A stretch of 64,000 nucleotides of DNA from Anaerolineales bacterium (GTDB lineage Bacteria; Chloroflexota; Anaerolineae; Anaerolineales; Villigracilaceae): the NCBI GenBank assembly GCA_014379595.1, contig JACMLM010000011.1:29062-93061 (forward strand). The letters run 5' to 3'. This document shows, one piece after another, positions 1 through 8,677 of the stretch. The position numbers and the translations under genes are program-made. Below the pieces are notes generated by a model. The model was not told the origin of the DNA. It searched no databases and was given only the letters and a program-made list of their open reading frames with translations. Positions within the stretch are counted from its first letter, which is position 1; the number at the start of each line of letters is the position of its first letter.

Positions 1-1
1 G

Positions 2-430
2 GTATTATCTGCGGCCATGGATCTAAAAACATTTAAGGGAAAAAATGGATTAGCAGTCACGCCTGATACAACCATCGAATCGCTCAAAGAAAAGGACCTC
101 TTCGCGATCATTCTCCCCGGCGGCTGGGCACCCGATAAATTGAGAAGATATGACGTGGTGAAAAATATTGTCCGCGAGATGGATGCGGCGAATAAGATCG
201 TTGGGATCATCTGCCACGGCGGGTCCATTGCTGTCTCAGCTGGCATCATCAAAAAAGGTCAACGCGTTACTGGGTCAGTTGGAATTAAAGATGATATGGT
301 AAACGTTGGTGGTGTCTGGGCGGATGAAGCTGCTTTTCGAGAGGGCAATCAGGTTTGGGGGCGGGTCGTGGCGGATATTCCAGATTTCAATCGTGAATTA
401 GTGAAGGCTTTAGTCGAAGGCTTGTCCTGA
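2..430 (+). CDS. DJ-1/PfpI family protein, 5' end truncated by window edge
   Basis: Frame is open from nt 2 (track ORF 17..430). LPGGWAP and nucleophile-elbow IICHGG motifs and the overall layout match PfpI-type class I glutamine-amidotransferase-like proteins. Roughly 35 N-terminal residues are missing. Confidence 0.8.
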   Translation, partial: VLSAAMDLKTFKGKNGLAVTPDTTIESLKEKDLFAIILPGGWAPDKLRRYDVVKNIVREMDAANKIVGIICHGGSIAVSAGIIKKGQRVTGSVGIKDDMVNVGGVWADEAAFREGNQVWGRVVADIPDFNRELVKALVEGLS

Positions 431-471
431 GTTTCATCGAAGGGATAAAAATTAATGCTTCATCTTTAACT

Positions 472-505
472 AAAAAGGTTCGACGTATGAACGTCGAACC
501 TTTTT
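472..505. terminator. Bidirectional intrinsic terminator between convergent pfpI-like gene and ABC ATPase gene
   Basis: AAAAA-GGTTCGACG-tatgaa-CGTCGAACC-TTTTT: perfect 9-bp stem flanked by an A-run and a T-run. Confidence 0.7.
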
Positions 506-519
506 AAATTTTTTATCTA

Positions 520-1581
520 TCATTCATCCAGAACTAATACAGCTTCTTTTGAACAAGTCACTTTTTCTATAGAGCCAATATGGGGCAATTCAAGAAATGG
601 ATTGTTGAAAGTATCCATATTGAATTTCGTATTGCCGATCGTGATTTGAATACGGACAACCGAACCAAGGAAAGTTATATTTTCAATAGTTGCATCCACT
701 ACATTAGCTTTCTTTTGTTCAGACGCAAAGCTAAAACGTTCAGGGCGAATGGCAACCCGTACCTTATCACCCTTTTTCCTGCTTTTCAAATCAGTAGCTG
801 TTGCAAATTGCACTCCATCTACAGTTAGCAATCCTTTCGCAGGGTCAACCACTTCACCGTTCGCATTATTCAGTGTGCCCACGAAATTGGCAGAAAACAC
901 AGTAGTTGGGAAGTTGTAAATTTCAAACGGAGTTCCCACCTGTTCGATCACGCCTGTATTCATAACAACGATACGGTCAGAGATGGATAGGGCTTCCTCT
1001 TGATCGTGCGTCACAAAGATGGCAGTGATTCCCAGGGATTTCTGAATGGCGCGAATCTCAGCACGCAACGACACGCGAATCTTGGCATCCAAAGCGGAAA
1101 GAGGCTCATCAAGCAAAAGCACCTGTGGACGGTTGGCAAGCGCGCGCGCCAATGAGACTCGCTGCTGTTGTCCGCCTGAAAGTTGATATGGATATTTGTC
1201 CGCATGCTTTTCGAGATTGATCAGGCTGATCATTTCACTCACGCGTTGTTTTACAACAGCGGCAGGTTCTTTACGGACAGTGAGCCCAAAACCAATGTTT
1301 TGGGCAACGGTCATATTTGGAAACAATGCATACGATTGAAAAATCATACCGACATTGCGCTGATTGGGAGCCTTATCTGTAATATCTGCACCATCCAGCA
1401 AAATTTTTCCAGAGGTGGGAATTTCAAACCCAGCCACCATACGTAAGGTCGTAGTCTTTCCACAGCCCGAAGGACCAAGAAAAGATACAAACTCACCCTT
1501 TTCAATATCAAGGTTGAAATTGTCAACGACAACAGTATCACCAAATTGTTTTGTTACGTTTGAGATGGATAGATAAGACAT
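520..1581 (-). CDS. ABC transporter ATP-binding protein (PotA/PhnT-like; putative AEP importer 1)
   Basis: Walker [10 protein letters not shown], signature LSGGQQQRV, Walker [12 protein letters not shown]. Last gene of an SBP-permease-permease-ATPase operon, paralogous to the set next to phnWX. Confidence 0.85.
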   Translation of the reverse strand: MSYLSISNVTKQFGDTVVVDNFNLDIEKGEFVSFLGPSGCGKTTTLRMVAGFEIPTSGKILLDGADITDKAPNQRNVGMIFQSYALFPNMTVAQNIGFGLTVRKEPAAVVKQRVSEMISLINLEKHADKYPYQLSGGQQQRVSLARALANRPQVLLLDEPLSALDAKIRVSLRAEIRAIQKSLGITAIFVTHDQEEALSISDRIVVMNTGVIEQVGTPFEIYNFPTTVFSANFVGTLNNANGEVVDPAKGLLTVDGVQFATATDLKSRKKGDKVRVAIRPERFSFASEQKKANVVDATIENITFLGSVVRIQITIGNTKFNMDTFNNPFLELPHIGSIEKVTCSKEAVLVLDE

Positions 1582-1602
1582 TGAAAATTCTCCGCCAATT
1601 CT

Positions 1603-2433
1603 TTAATGCGCGCCTGCGGCTTGACCTTGACCGCCAGTCACAAGTTGAATCATTCCCATTGCAAACCATGTAAGCAGGAAACTTACAAAAGAGAGCGCAG
1701 CAGGTTCATACGCGCGATGTTGTCCTAGTAAAAACAAATAAGGACCAAACGCATCCACGCCTAAAAATGAAGCCAGAGTTACTTCACCTACTACAATGGC
1801 GAAGGTCAACAATGCGCCGCTCAACAGTGCCGAGCGAATGTTCGGGAGTATGATCCGCGTAATGATGGTGAACCAGTTTGCACCGAGGCTTTGAGCCGCT
1901 TCTGTCAGAGTGCCAATATCTACAGTACGCATTCCCGTATCCACTGAACGATACATATAAGGCATGGCAAGCACCATATATCCAGCCACAATTAATATAT
2001 TGGTACCTACTTTGAAATTAGTCAGCGGCTGCATCAGTTGAATTTCTGTAAAAGGTACGTTAATAGGCGCGCTGTAGATTCGTATCAAGCCAAAGACAAG
2101 AATTATCGCTGGCACAACGAAAGGCATTAAGGTAATAAACTCTACAATGCGGCGCGCTTGAGGAAGGCGAAGGCGAATCCAGTATGCGGTTGGGACGATC
2201 AAGATAATACTTATCACAATGGTTGCAACCGCAAGCACATTTGAATAAATAAAGGTTTCCCAAAAATCCTTGTCTTCAAATGCACGTTGATATGCTTTAA
2301 AAGGAATTGCAGGGTCCCAACTTAAAGAAAATTCAAATGTAGCGAGCAAAGGCAATATAAAATATAAAGCGCCGAGAATAAACCAAATCCAGCTCCAAAA
2401 GGGAAATCTGCGAAGACGAGCCATGAAACTCAT
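1603..2433 (-). CDS. ABC transporter permease
   Basis: Multi-pass hydrophobic protein with an EAA-type loop (TEAAQSLGANWFTIITRIILPNI). 4-nt start/stop overlap with the upstream permease gene. Confidence 0.8.
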   Translation of the reverse strand: MSFMARLRRFPFWSWIWFILGALYFILPLLATFEFSLSWDPAIPFKAYQRAFEDKDFWETFIYSNVLAVATIVISIILIVPTAYWIRLRLPQARRIVEFITLMPFVVPAIILVFGLIRIYSAPINVPFTEIQLMQPLTNFKVGTNILIVAGYMVLAMPYMYRSVDTGMRTVDIGTLTEAAQSLGANWFTIITRIILPNIRSALLSGALLTFAIVVGEVTLASFLGVDAFGPYLFLLGQHRAYEPAALSFVSFLLTWFAMGMIQLVTGGQGQAAGAH

Positions 2434-3329
2434 TTAAGCCACCTTTCGGTTTTAGCCTGAAGCCATGAATATCCAGCTAATGAGATCGCCATGATGACCA
2501 CCATTCCAATTGCCATGGCATACCCGAGACCTGGATTGTATAAGACGTCGCCTCGAATCTGAGCTCCGATCTGAATCGTGACGATGCCGATTCTTCCGCC
2601 TGTGAGAGCGTACGCAGTAGCATACGCGCCAAACGCATTTCCAAATAATAAAATCATCGCTCCAAGAATTGAAGGCAATAAGACGGGCATTGCAACTTTT
2701 AACCAGTATTGGGTTGTGCTGGCTCCCAAATTTTCAGCAGCTTCACGCCACTCACGTTTGAGGCCATCCAAAGCAGGAGCCATGATAAGAACCATTAATG
2801 GGAACTGGAAATACATGTAAACCAAACTTAACCCTAAAAAGCTGTATAAATTAAAACCTGCCTGATAAATATTTATATTAAGATAATCTCTTAAGATATG
2901 GGTAATAAATCCCTGACGACCGAGTGTTGCAACGAATGCAAAAGCTAAAGGAACACCTGCAAAATTAGAGGCAACACCAGAGAAGGTGATCAAAATAGAA
3001 CGAAGAGGTTTGGGCAATCCACCTACTGTTACTGAGTATGCAAGTAAAAATCCTAAAATGCCCCCACCGAGTGCAGTGACTGCACTGATCTGAATACTCA
3101 ATTTATAAGCCTCGACAATAAATGGCTCTGAAAATAATTGAATAATATTATTGAATGTAAAGTTACCATTTATATCTGTGAAACTCGCTGTAAACAAGCG
3201 CAAGGAGGGAAGAAATAGAAAAAGAATTGCAAAGAGCAAAAACGGGGCAATACCAAGCCAGACTTTCCAATTGGTTGGGGTGGCAATATTTTTTTTAAGA
3301 TTAACGGTGGTCTGTGTCATAGCCTTCAT
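2430..3329 (-). CDS. ABC transporter permease
   Basis: Multi-pass membrane protein with an EAA-type loop (REAAENLGASTTQYWLKVAMPVLLP), in operon with the SBP and ATPase genes. Confidence 0.8.
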   Translation of the reverse strand: MKAMTQTTVNLKKNIATPTNWKVWLGIAPFLLFAILFLFLPSLRLFTASFTDINGNFTFNNIIQLFSEPFIVEAYKLSIQISAVTALGGGILGFLLAYSVTVGGLPKPLRSILITFSGVASNFAGVPLAFAFVATLGRQGFITHILRDYLNINIYQAGFNLYSFLGLSLVYMYFQFPLMVLIMAPALDGLKREWREAAENLGASTTQYWLKVAMPVLLPSILGAMILLFGNAFGAYATAYALTGGRIGIVTIQIGAQIRGDVLYNPGLGYAMAIGMVVIMAISLAGYSWLQAKTERWLK

Positions 3330-3351
3330 ATCCTCAGAACCAGTCTAGTTG

Positions 3352-3384
3352 TAGTGAGACCCCGCAAATTGCGGGGTCTCACTA
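3352..3384 (-). terminator. Intercistronic stem-loop between SBP and permease genes (attenuator / mRNA stabiliser)
   Basis: TAGTGAGACCCCGC-aaatt-GCGGGGTCTCACTA: perfect 14-bp GC-rich stem directly after the SBP stop codon. No clear U-tract. Confidence 0.5.
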
Positions 3385-3404
3385 TCCTACATAAAACTTA
3401 TTAC

Positions 3405-4604
3405 TTAGGGTGCGGCTTGAACATCTGCACCAACCGCTGAATCCCAGTTGGTGGTGATTAATTCTTTTGCTGTATTGAGTTGGTCAAGAGTTGGGAATAC
3501 TGCGCCGGAGACATCAGGCAATTTGTCGAGAAGCTCCTGAGGAATAACGCCGCGGTCGCGGAGGTCGGCCTCACGAATTGGGTGGCAGTAGCCTTCCATC
3601 CAAAGAAGCTGTCCTTCGTCTGAATAAAGGAATTCCATCCAGAGTTTGGCGGCGTTTGGATGTGGAGCATATGCGCTGATGGCCTGAACATAGATGCCAG
3701 CGAAACGTCCTGTGGCAGGGATCACAACTTCAGCAGTTGGGTTACCTTCAAAGGAGTCAACAGCGGCAAGAGCGTTATAGTCCCAGGTAACGCGAACTGG
3801 AATTTCACCTGTGGCAACCAAGCCATTATTCGCAATCAATGGGATGAGGTTACCAGCTGAATTCAATTCAGCAAAGAAATCAAGGCCGGCCTGGGCATCC
3901 TCTAATGAACCACCATTGGCAAGTGCTGCAGCATGGACGGCCTGGATGGCCTGGCTCGAAGCGCGGGGATCGCCAGACAAGGCAACCTGACCAGCATATT
4001 TGGGATCAAGCAAATCAGCCCAATCTTGTGGAACATCAGGTTGAACGGAGGTATTCACGAGGAATGCCATTACGCCGTAGTAATCACCATACCAATAACC
4101 ATCGGCATCCTTAGCATCATCGGGGATCGTATCCCAAGTGGAAACCTTATAAGGCTGGATCAAACCTTCATCTTTGGAGGAAGGTCCGAATGCAAGTCCT
4201 ACATCAATTACATCAGGAGCCTGAGGGCCGGTATTGTCCTTATTGGCTTTGATGGCTTCGATTTCGTCAGCAGAACCAGCATCAGGATTTAATTCATTGA
4301 CTTCAATATTGGGATACTTGGCTTTGAAGGCTTCAATCACGCCACCATAGTTACACCAATCTGGGGGTAAAGCAATTGTGGTGAGCATACCTTCAGCTTC
4401 TGCGGCGGCTACAAGATCAGCCAACGGGTCAGCAGCTGGGGCTTCAGTAGCAGCAGGTGCTTCGGTGGCAGCTGGGGCCTCCGTAGCGGCAGGCGCATCA
4501 GTGGCAGCAGGTGCTTCGGTAGCAGCTGGACCGCATGCAGATAACATTGTAGCGGCGATTACGAGCAGAGCGAGCAAATAATAAACGAACTTAGTTTGAC
4601 GCAT
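3405..4604 (-). CDS. ABC transporter periplasmic/extracellular solute-binding lipoprotein (PotD/PhnS-like)
   Basis: Signal peptide with lipobox LSAC-G, then a PAATEA repeat linker, then a PotD-like SBP body. About 50-60% similar by eye to the SBP at 12733..13878. Confidence 0.85.
   Translation of the reverse strand: MRQTKFVYYLLALLVIAATMLSACGPAATEAPAATDAPAATEAPAATEAPAATEAPAADPLADLVAAAEAEGMLTTIALPPDWCNYGGVIEAFKAKYPNIEVNELNPDAGSADEIEAIKANKDNTGPQAPDVIDVGLAFGPSSKDEGLIQPYKVSTWDTIPDDAKDADGYWYGDYYGVMAFLVNTSVQPDVPQDWADLLDPKYAGQVALSGDPRASSQAIQAVHAAALANGGSLEDAQAGLDFFAELNSAGNLIPLIANNGLVATGEIPVRVTWDYNALAAVDSFEGNPTAEVVIPATGRFAGIYVQAISAYAPHPNAAKLWMEFLYSDEGQLLWMEGYCHPIREADLRDRGVIPQELLDKLPDVSGAVFPTLDQLNTAKELITTNWDSAVGADVQAAP
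4428..4529 (-). repeat. In-frame 18-nt tandem repeat (about 5.6 units) encoding the (PAATEA)n linker of SBP 1
   Basis: Protein residues 26-59 read PAATEA PAATDA PAATEA PAATEA PAATEA PAAD. The DNA units differ mainly at synonymous positions. Confidence 0.9.
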
Positions 4605-4685
4605 TTTTCTCTATCTCCTTTATGGTTTTGTGTTGATTGGACGAACAGAACAATATACACATCTTCCCTGCACACCTCCAATCCA

Positions 4686-4701
4686 TTAACAAATCGTTAA
4701 C
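4686..4701. promoter_or_regulatory. Candidate operator upstream of ABC importer 1 (TTAACaaatcGTTAAC)
   Basis: Inverted TTAAC/GTTAA arms 82-97 nt upstream of the SBP 1 start. The core AAnCGTTAAC recurs in inverted orientation 72-83 nt upstream of SBP 2 (13950..13961). Confidence 0.25.
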
Positions 4702-4751
4702 ATTGTAGCATTATCAATATTCAAAGTCAAACATAGAAAAACACGCAAGCC

Positions 4752-4947
4752 GAATCTTAACTGGTCATTCAGTGAGCTTTCACCCACAATGCGCTACGAG
4801 TTTTTCGGAATCAAACATCACTCACGTAAACATCGGTATTGTTTGGGTGAATGAACCTATTTGTCGCCAGGAGAATCAGATTTGAGAGGAGGTTGTTACG
4901 GATATTTCTGATTTCAATCGAGAGTTTCTGAAGGCTTTAGCCGAATA
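4752..4947 (+). pseudogene. Degenerate DJ-1/PfpI gene remnant (3' half)
   Basis: Hand alignment is colinear with nt ~225-418 of the resident pfpI-like gene. It has an in-frame TGA, and the ICHGG region is destroyed. The tail still reads VVTDISDFNREFLKALAE-stop versus the resident VVADIPDFNRELVKALVEGLS-stop. Confidence 0.75.
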
Positions 4948-5032
4948 AGATTTATTAATCATTTGGTTTTATCCTAAATAAGAAAAATCCCGCAGACTGC
5001 CATCAAAAACTTTACTACCCTGCAATTACGGT

Positions 5033-6937
5033 TTAGTGATCTAGCACATGGGCCAGGCGCAACTTACGGAGTTTGGACCGTTTCTTGGTTTGATGCTCCT
5101 GCATCCTCCGCAAAATATCATCCAAAACCCGCACTGCGCTGACCACGTAAGGTCCCTTGTTGAGCATGACACATTCAGCACGGCGCCCCATCGCCGCGTC
5201 TGTAATCTCGGCGCGCGACGGCATGCCCTCTTGGGCGAGGGTCTCTAGAACCTGAGTGGCCCAAATCACGGGAACATGCGCGGCTTCACAAACCCAGAGA
5301 ATCTCTTCCTGAACTTCCGCCAGGCGCTCGAATCCGCATTCGACAGCCAGATCACCGCGAGCGATCATCACACCGCAAGATGGGGCTCGCATAGCTGTAA
5401 GCAACATGTCGGGTAAATTCTCAAAGCCGCGCCGCGTTTCAATTTTCAGCACGATGGCAGGTTGGCGACCACCCAAACTCAACAAGTGCTGCTGGAGCGA
5501 CTCTACATCCTGTGCGGTGTTGGCGAAGGACAATTCGACAACATCGGCATGCTTAACCACAAAGGACAGATCCTCGATGTCTTTGGCGGTCATTGCAGCG
5601 AGGCGTAGGTTACTCTCAGGAAGATTAATACCCTTATCGGCTCGCAGTTTTACGGGCTTCAGATGCTCCTGGGTAATTTTTATGAAAACTTGCGTTTGCT
5701 CCAACTTTTCAACAACGCCGCCAATTTTGCCGTCGTCGAACCAGATCGACTCCCCTGCCCGCACGTCATCGAAGACCTGCGGAATTGAGCAACCAATTAC
5801 TGCTGGAGTAAGAGTTTTTCCGTTCTTATCGTAAGTTGCAGGACGACCTGGCTTGAGGTTACGAGTCAGAATGAGCATGTCACCCTGCTGTAAGGAGATG
5901 ACGTTTTCAAGCGGTGGCAACTCGCCGACGCGGCCATCCTGGTCTTCTGGCTTGTCTATGTCACGCTCGCGATGCAGAATCATACCCGGAACAATGTAAG
6001 CAGTCTTGGTCGCCTCTACCAGGCAGCCGTGCTCAATTACATCAAGCACGTTAAAAGCCCGATTAGAGTCACGCGCATCTATGAATGTTATGCGATCCCC
6101 GATTCGTAGGAGGGCCAGCCACGCCGATGGCATAAAGAGGCAAGTACTCACTGAAGAAGGCGGAGGCTGAGGAGAAGTATCTGAAGTCAACCAGACTCGT
6201 GCAGGCTCTGTGACTCGTCCGTACACATCTCGACGGGGCTTGATTCGGAGCACTGCTGGCCCCGGCTCAAGCGGACCCGTGCGCAGTTTTGGTCCACCGA
6301 GATCCATGACGACTCGGCAGGATTTTCCCAATGACCGCTCAGCCTTCCTCAAATGCTTGATCATCCGCAGCCAAGTAGCAGCATCATCATGAGCGCAATT
6401 AATGCGCATGCAATCCATACCTTGCTTGAGTAGATTATGAACGAGAGAGTAATCATCGGCAGCTTCGCTCGGCATGGTGACCATAATCCGCACTGTGCGC
6501 CCTTTTGGTGCTGTTCCCAACAAGACATCAGTGTGTTCGGCGAGTAACTGCTCACCGTTAGCGAAATCAACAATTGCAAATTCCTGTAAAGGCGGCTGCC
6601 AGGCGCGATTCAGCAGACCGTGTAGAACTACAAGAACGGCATCTACCGTGGCTAAGACATGCGACTCTGCCCGCCCGAGTGAGGAAAGCCCAAGAGTAGC
6701 CAACTGGATCTGCAAAGGGCGCAGGTCGTGGCGACGCAAAGCAAGGTAATGTAGGAGATTCCTGGCACTTGCCTGGTAATTCAAGTGAACATCTTCAATA
6801 CGTAGCTGGGACTTGGCTGAACCAGTAATCATATCCGTCCGGATTGCCTTAAGCTTTCTCAAGACAGTCATGATATGCTCCTTCCCTGGATAAGCACCAT
6901 CGGTGGAATTTTTCGTTTTCACAAATATATTCTCCAA
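5033..6937 (-). CDS. Atypical pyruvate kinase family protein (N-terminal extension, no C-terminal allosteric domain)
   Basis: PK A-domain motifs are present: MDCMRINCAHDD, DLGGPKLRTG, KIETRRG, MIARGDLAVE, ATQVLETL..PSRAEITD. There are about 150 extra N-terminal residues and an enlarged B-domain region. Confidence 0.65.
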   Translation of the reverse strand: MENIFVKTKNSTDGAYPGKEHIMTVLRKLKAIRTDMITGSAKSQLRIEDVHLNYQASARNLLHYLALRRHDLRPLQIQLATLGLSSLGRAESHVLATVDAVLVVLHGLLNRAWQPPLQEFAIVDFANGEQLLAEHTDVLLGTAPKGRTVRIMVTMPSEAADDYSLVHNLLKQGMDCMRINCAHDDAATWLRMIKHLRKAERSLGKSCRVVMDLGGPKLRTGPLEPGPAVLRIKPRRDVYGRVTEPARVWLTSDTSPQPPPSSVSTCLFMPSAWLALLRIGDRITFIDARDSNRAFNVLDVIEHGCLVEATKTAYIVPGMILHRERDIDKPEDQDGRVGELPPLENVISLQQGDMLILTRNLKPGRPATYDKNGKTLTPAVIGCSIPQVFDDVRAGESIWFDDGKIGGVVEKLEQTQVFIKITQEHLKPVKLRADKGINLPESNLRLAAMTAKDIEDLSFVVKHADVVELSFANTAQDVESLQQHLLSLGGRQPAIVLKIETRRGFENLPDMLLTAMRAPSCGVMIARGDLAVECGFERLAEVQEEILWVCEAAHVPVIWATQVLETLAQEGMPSRAEITDAAMGRRAECVMLNKGPYVVSAVRVLDDILRRMQEHQTKKRSKLRKLRLAHVLDH

Positions 6938-6965
6938 GAACTGAACGGCGTGCGCTTAACCTGCG

Positions 6966-7040
6966 CAAACCGTAATTGAAGTCGTGGCGGATATTTCCGC
7001 TTTTAATCGCAAGTTGATGAAAGCTTTAATCGAAGGATAA
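6966..7040 (+). pseudogene. DJ-1/PfpI 3'-end relic
   Basis: Nt 6981-7040 read VVADISAFNRKLMKALIEG-stop, about 80% identical by eye to resident pfpI nt 366-424. Similarity weakens upstream. The relic overlaps, in antisense, the last codons of the 7026..7841 gene. Confidence 0.7.
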
Positions 7041-7841
7041 AGGCTTCTGTTTCATCGTTTCAGGAATGGGAACATCCAACAATTTAAGGATGGTGGGTGC
7101 GATCTGCAAATGTGAGCTTGTTTCACCCGTATCGCCTCCACCCTGACCGTTGGGATTAATCACAAAAAATGGCACAGTGCGCTGTTCGGGAGTTGTGCCG
7201 CCATGTGCGCCATCTTTATTAATTCCATGATCGCCTGTGACAAAAATAGTATAGCCTAGCTCTTTCCATTCCATAATAAGTGGTGCAAGTTTGGAGTCTT
7301 GATAAACAGCGTGGTTGCGATATTCTTTTGAATCAGAACCGTATGTTTCACCATGATAATCCATGCCCATTGGATGAAGCAAAAGATAATCAGGTGAAAA
7401 CTTTCTTACAAGTGAAGTTGCAATATTGAAGAGTTCAATATCTGGATATTCATCTTGAGTATAAAAACGCCCATGTTGAATATTCAAAGCATTATTATCA
7501 ACCTCTTTATCATCAATAGGATTGTAGGGTGCACGATTGTACAACTCAGAATACCAGGAATAAGCAGCAGCGGCAGTCACCTTACCAGCTCGTGCAACAG
7601 ATTGAAAAATATTTGGCATCTTTGAAAGCCTGATAATCGAATTTGCAACAATGCTATGTTCACTGGATGGTACGCCCGTATGAATAGTTTCGTACATCGG
7701 GCGGGACATGCTAGGCAATTCGCCCACAATTTTATACAGGCTTGCCAGTTTATTTTCCACAAGATGTCCCAGAAAACCCATATTATCTTTTGCCACATCG
7801 TAGCGCAAACCGTCTGAAAGAACGAGAATTACCTTGGTCAC
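7026..7841 (-). CDS. Alkaline phosphatase superfamily protein (type I phosphodiesterase / nucleotide pyrophosphatase-like)
   Basis: N-terminal VLSDGLRYD metal/nucleophile region and GDHG..GAHGG motif are typical of the NPP/AlkP fold. Sits immediately downstream of phnX in the same operon. Confidence 0.6.
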   Translation of the reverse strand: MTKVILVLSDGLRYDVAKDNMGFLGHLVENKLASLYKIVGELPSMSRPMYETIHTGVPSSEHSIVANSIIRLSKMPNIFQSVARAGKVTAAAAYSWYSELYNRAPYNPIDDKEVDNNALNIQHGRFYTQDEYPDIELFNIATSLVRKFSPDYLLLHPMGMDYHGETYGSDSKEYRNHAVYQDSKLAPLIMEWKELGYTIFVTGDHGINKDGAHGGTTPEQRTVPFFVINPNGQGGGDTGETSSHLQIAPTILKLLDVPIPETMKQKPLSFD

Positions 7842-7843
7842 AT

Positions 7844-8674
7844 TTATGGGCCCTCACCATGTGCCAAGCGAAATTCAATATCATCCAATACATCTGGCAG
7901 ATCCCAAATGCCGTCAATTACATAATGGGCACCAGCCTGATAAAGTTGAGTTTCAATTTTATTGATGGCATGATCTCTATCCTCTGGCGAAAGCAAGTTA
8001 ACTTCTGATTCATTCATTCCAAGCAGGTTTCCTGTCAATGACAAGCCCACAGTCCACATCCCTGCATTTAGTCCTTCTTCAATATCCGGTAAGGTATCAC
8101 CAACTTTCACCATGGCTTGCATGGGAAAGACACCCAGTTGAATCGCGTTCTCATAACACATCCACGGATAGGGCCGCCCAGCGGGGACTTCATCAGGGCA
8201 AACTGTACAATCGGGTTCGTAGCCATTTTCTTTGGCTTTCGGCGCAAGCACTTCCATCATTGAGCGAAGATAACCTGTGGTGGTTCCAATTTTCACCTCT
8301 CGCTCACGCAACTCTTTTACTACATCTAAAAGTCCATGGATCGGTTCTGCAAATTCCTTCAGAACAGATAACTGCAGCGGCACAAAACTATTGAATAGAC
8401 TGTCAATATCATCTTCTGAAGCAGGCTTGCCATGAGCCGTCTTCCATGCTTCGGCTACCTGGGGGCGCGCAAGAATGGTTCGAAGATGATCTTTCTTCAT
8501 TAACCCCATTCCAGAGCGGGCATCTTCCACAGCTATTTTTACGTTTTGATTCTCAAACAGGCGCAAAAAAACAGCCGTTGGTGCGAAAGAGCCATAATCA
8601 ACAGCTGTCCCTGCCCAATCCAAAATGACAGCTTTCAATGGTCCACGATAAGAGCGTTGAAAAACAAAATCCAT
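7844..8674 (-). CDS. phnX: Phosphonoacetaldehyde hydrolase (phosphonatase)
   Basis: HAD motif I in the PhnX-specific form ILDWAGTAVDYG. Long colinear similarity to Bacillus cereus PhnX as I recall it (GTTTGY, VPAGRPYPWMCY, KVGDT, NAGMWTVG). Confidence 0.93.
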   Translation of the reverse strand: MDFVFQRSYRGPLKAVILDWAGTAVDYGSFAPTAVFLRLFENQNVKIAVEDARSGMGLMKKDHLRTILARPQVAEAWKTAHGKPASEDDIDSLFNSFVPLQLSVLKEFAEPIHGLLDVVKELREREVKIGTTTGYLRSMMEVLAPKAKENGYEPDCTVCPDEVPAGRPYPWMCYENAIQLGVFPMQAMVKVGDTLPDIEEGLNAGMWTVGLSLTGNLLGMNESEVNLLSPEDRDHAINKIETQLYQAGAHYVIDGIWDLPDVLDDIEFRLAHGEGP

Positions 8675-8677
8675 TTT

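Noticed and set aside
4428-4529. Possible CRISPR-like or non-coding tandem array
   Set aside because: The units are contiguous 18-mers without spacers. They lie in frame inside the SBP gene, where they encode the PAATEA linker. No CRISPR array is present anywhere in the window.
5033-6937. Using high G+C alone as proof of horizontal transfer of the PK-like gene
   Set aside because: Spot counts show that the two SBP genes and the LLM gene are similarly GC-rich, while membrane-protein genes are AT-rich. Gene-to-gene composition varies too much here to rely on composition without a proper genome-wide baseline.
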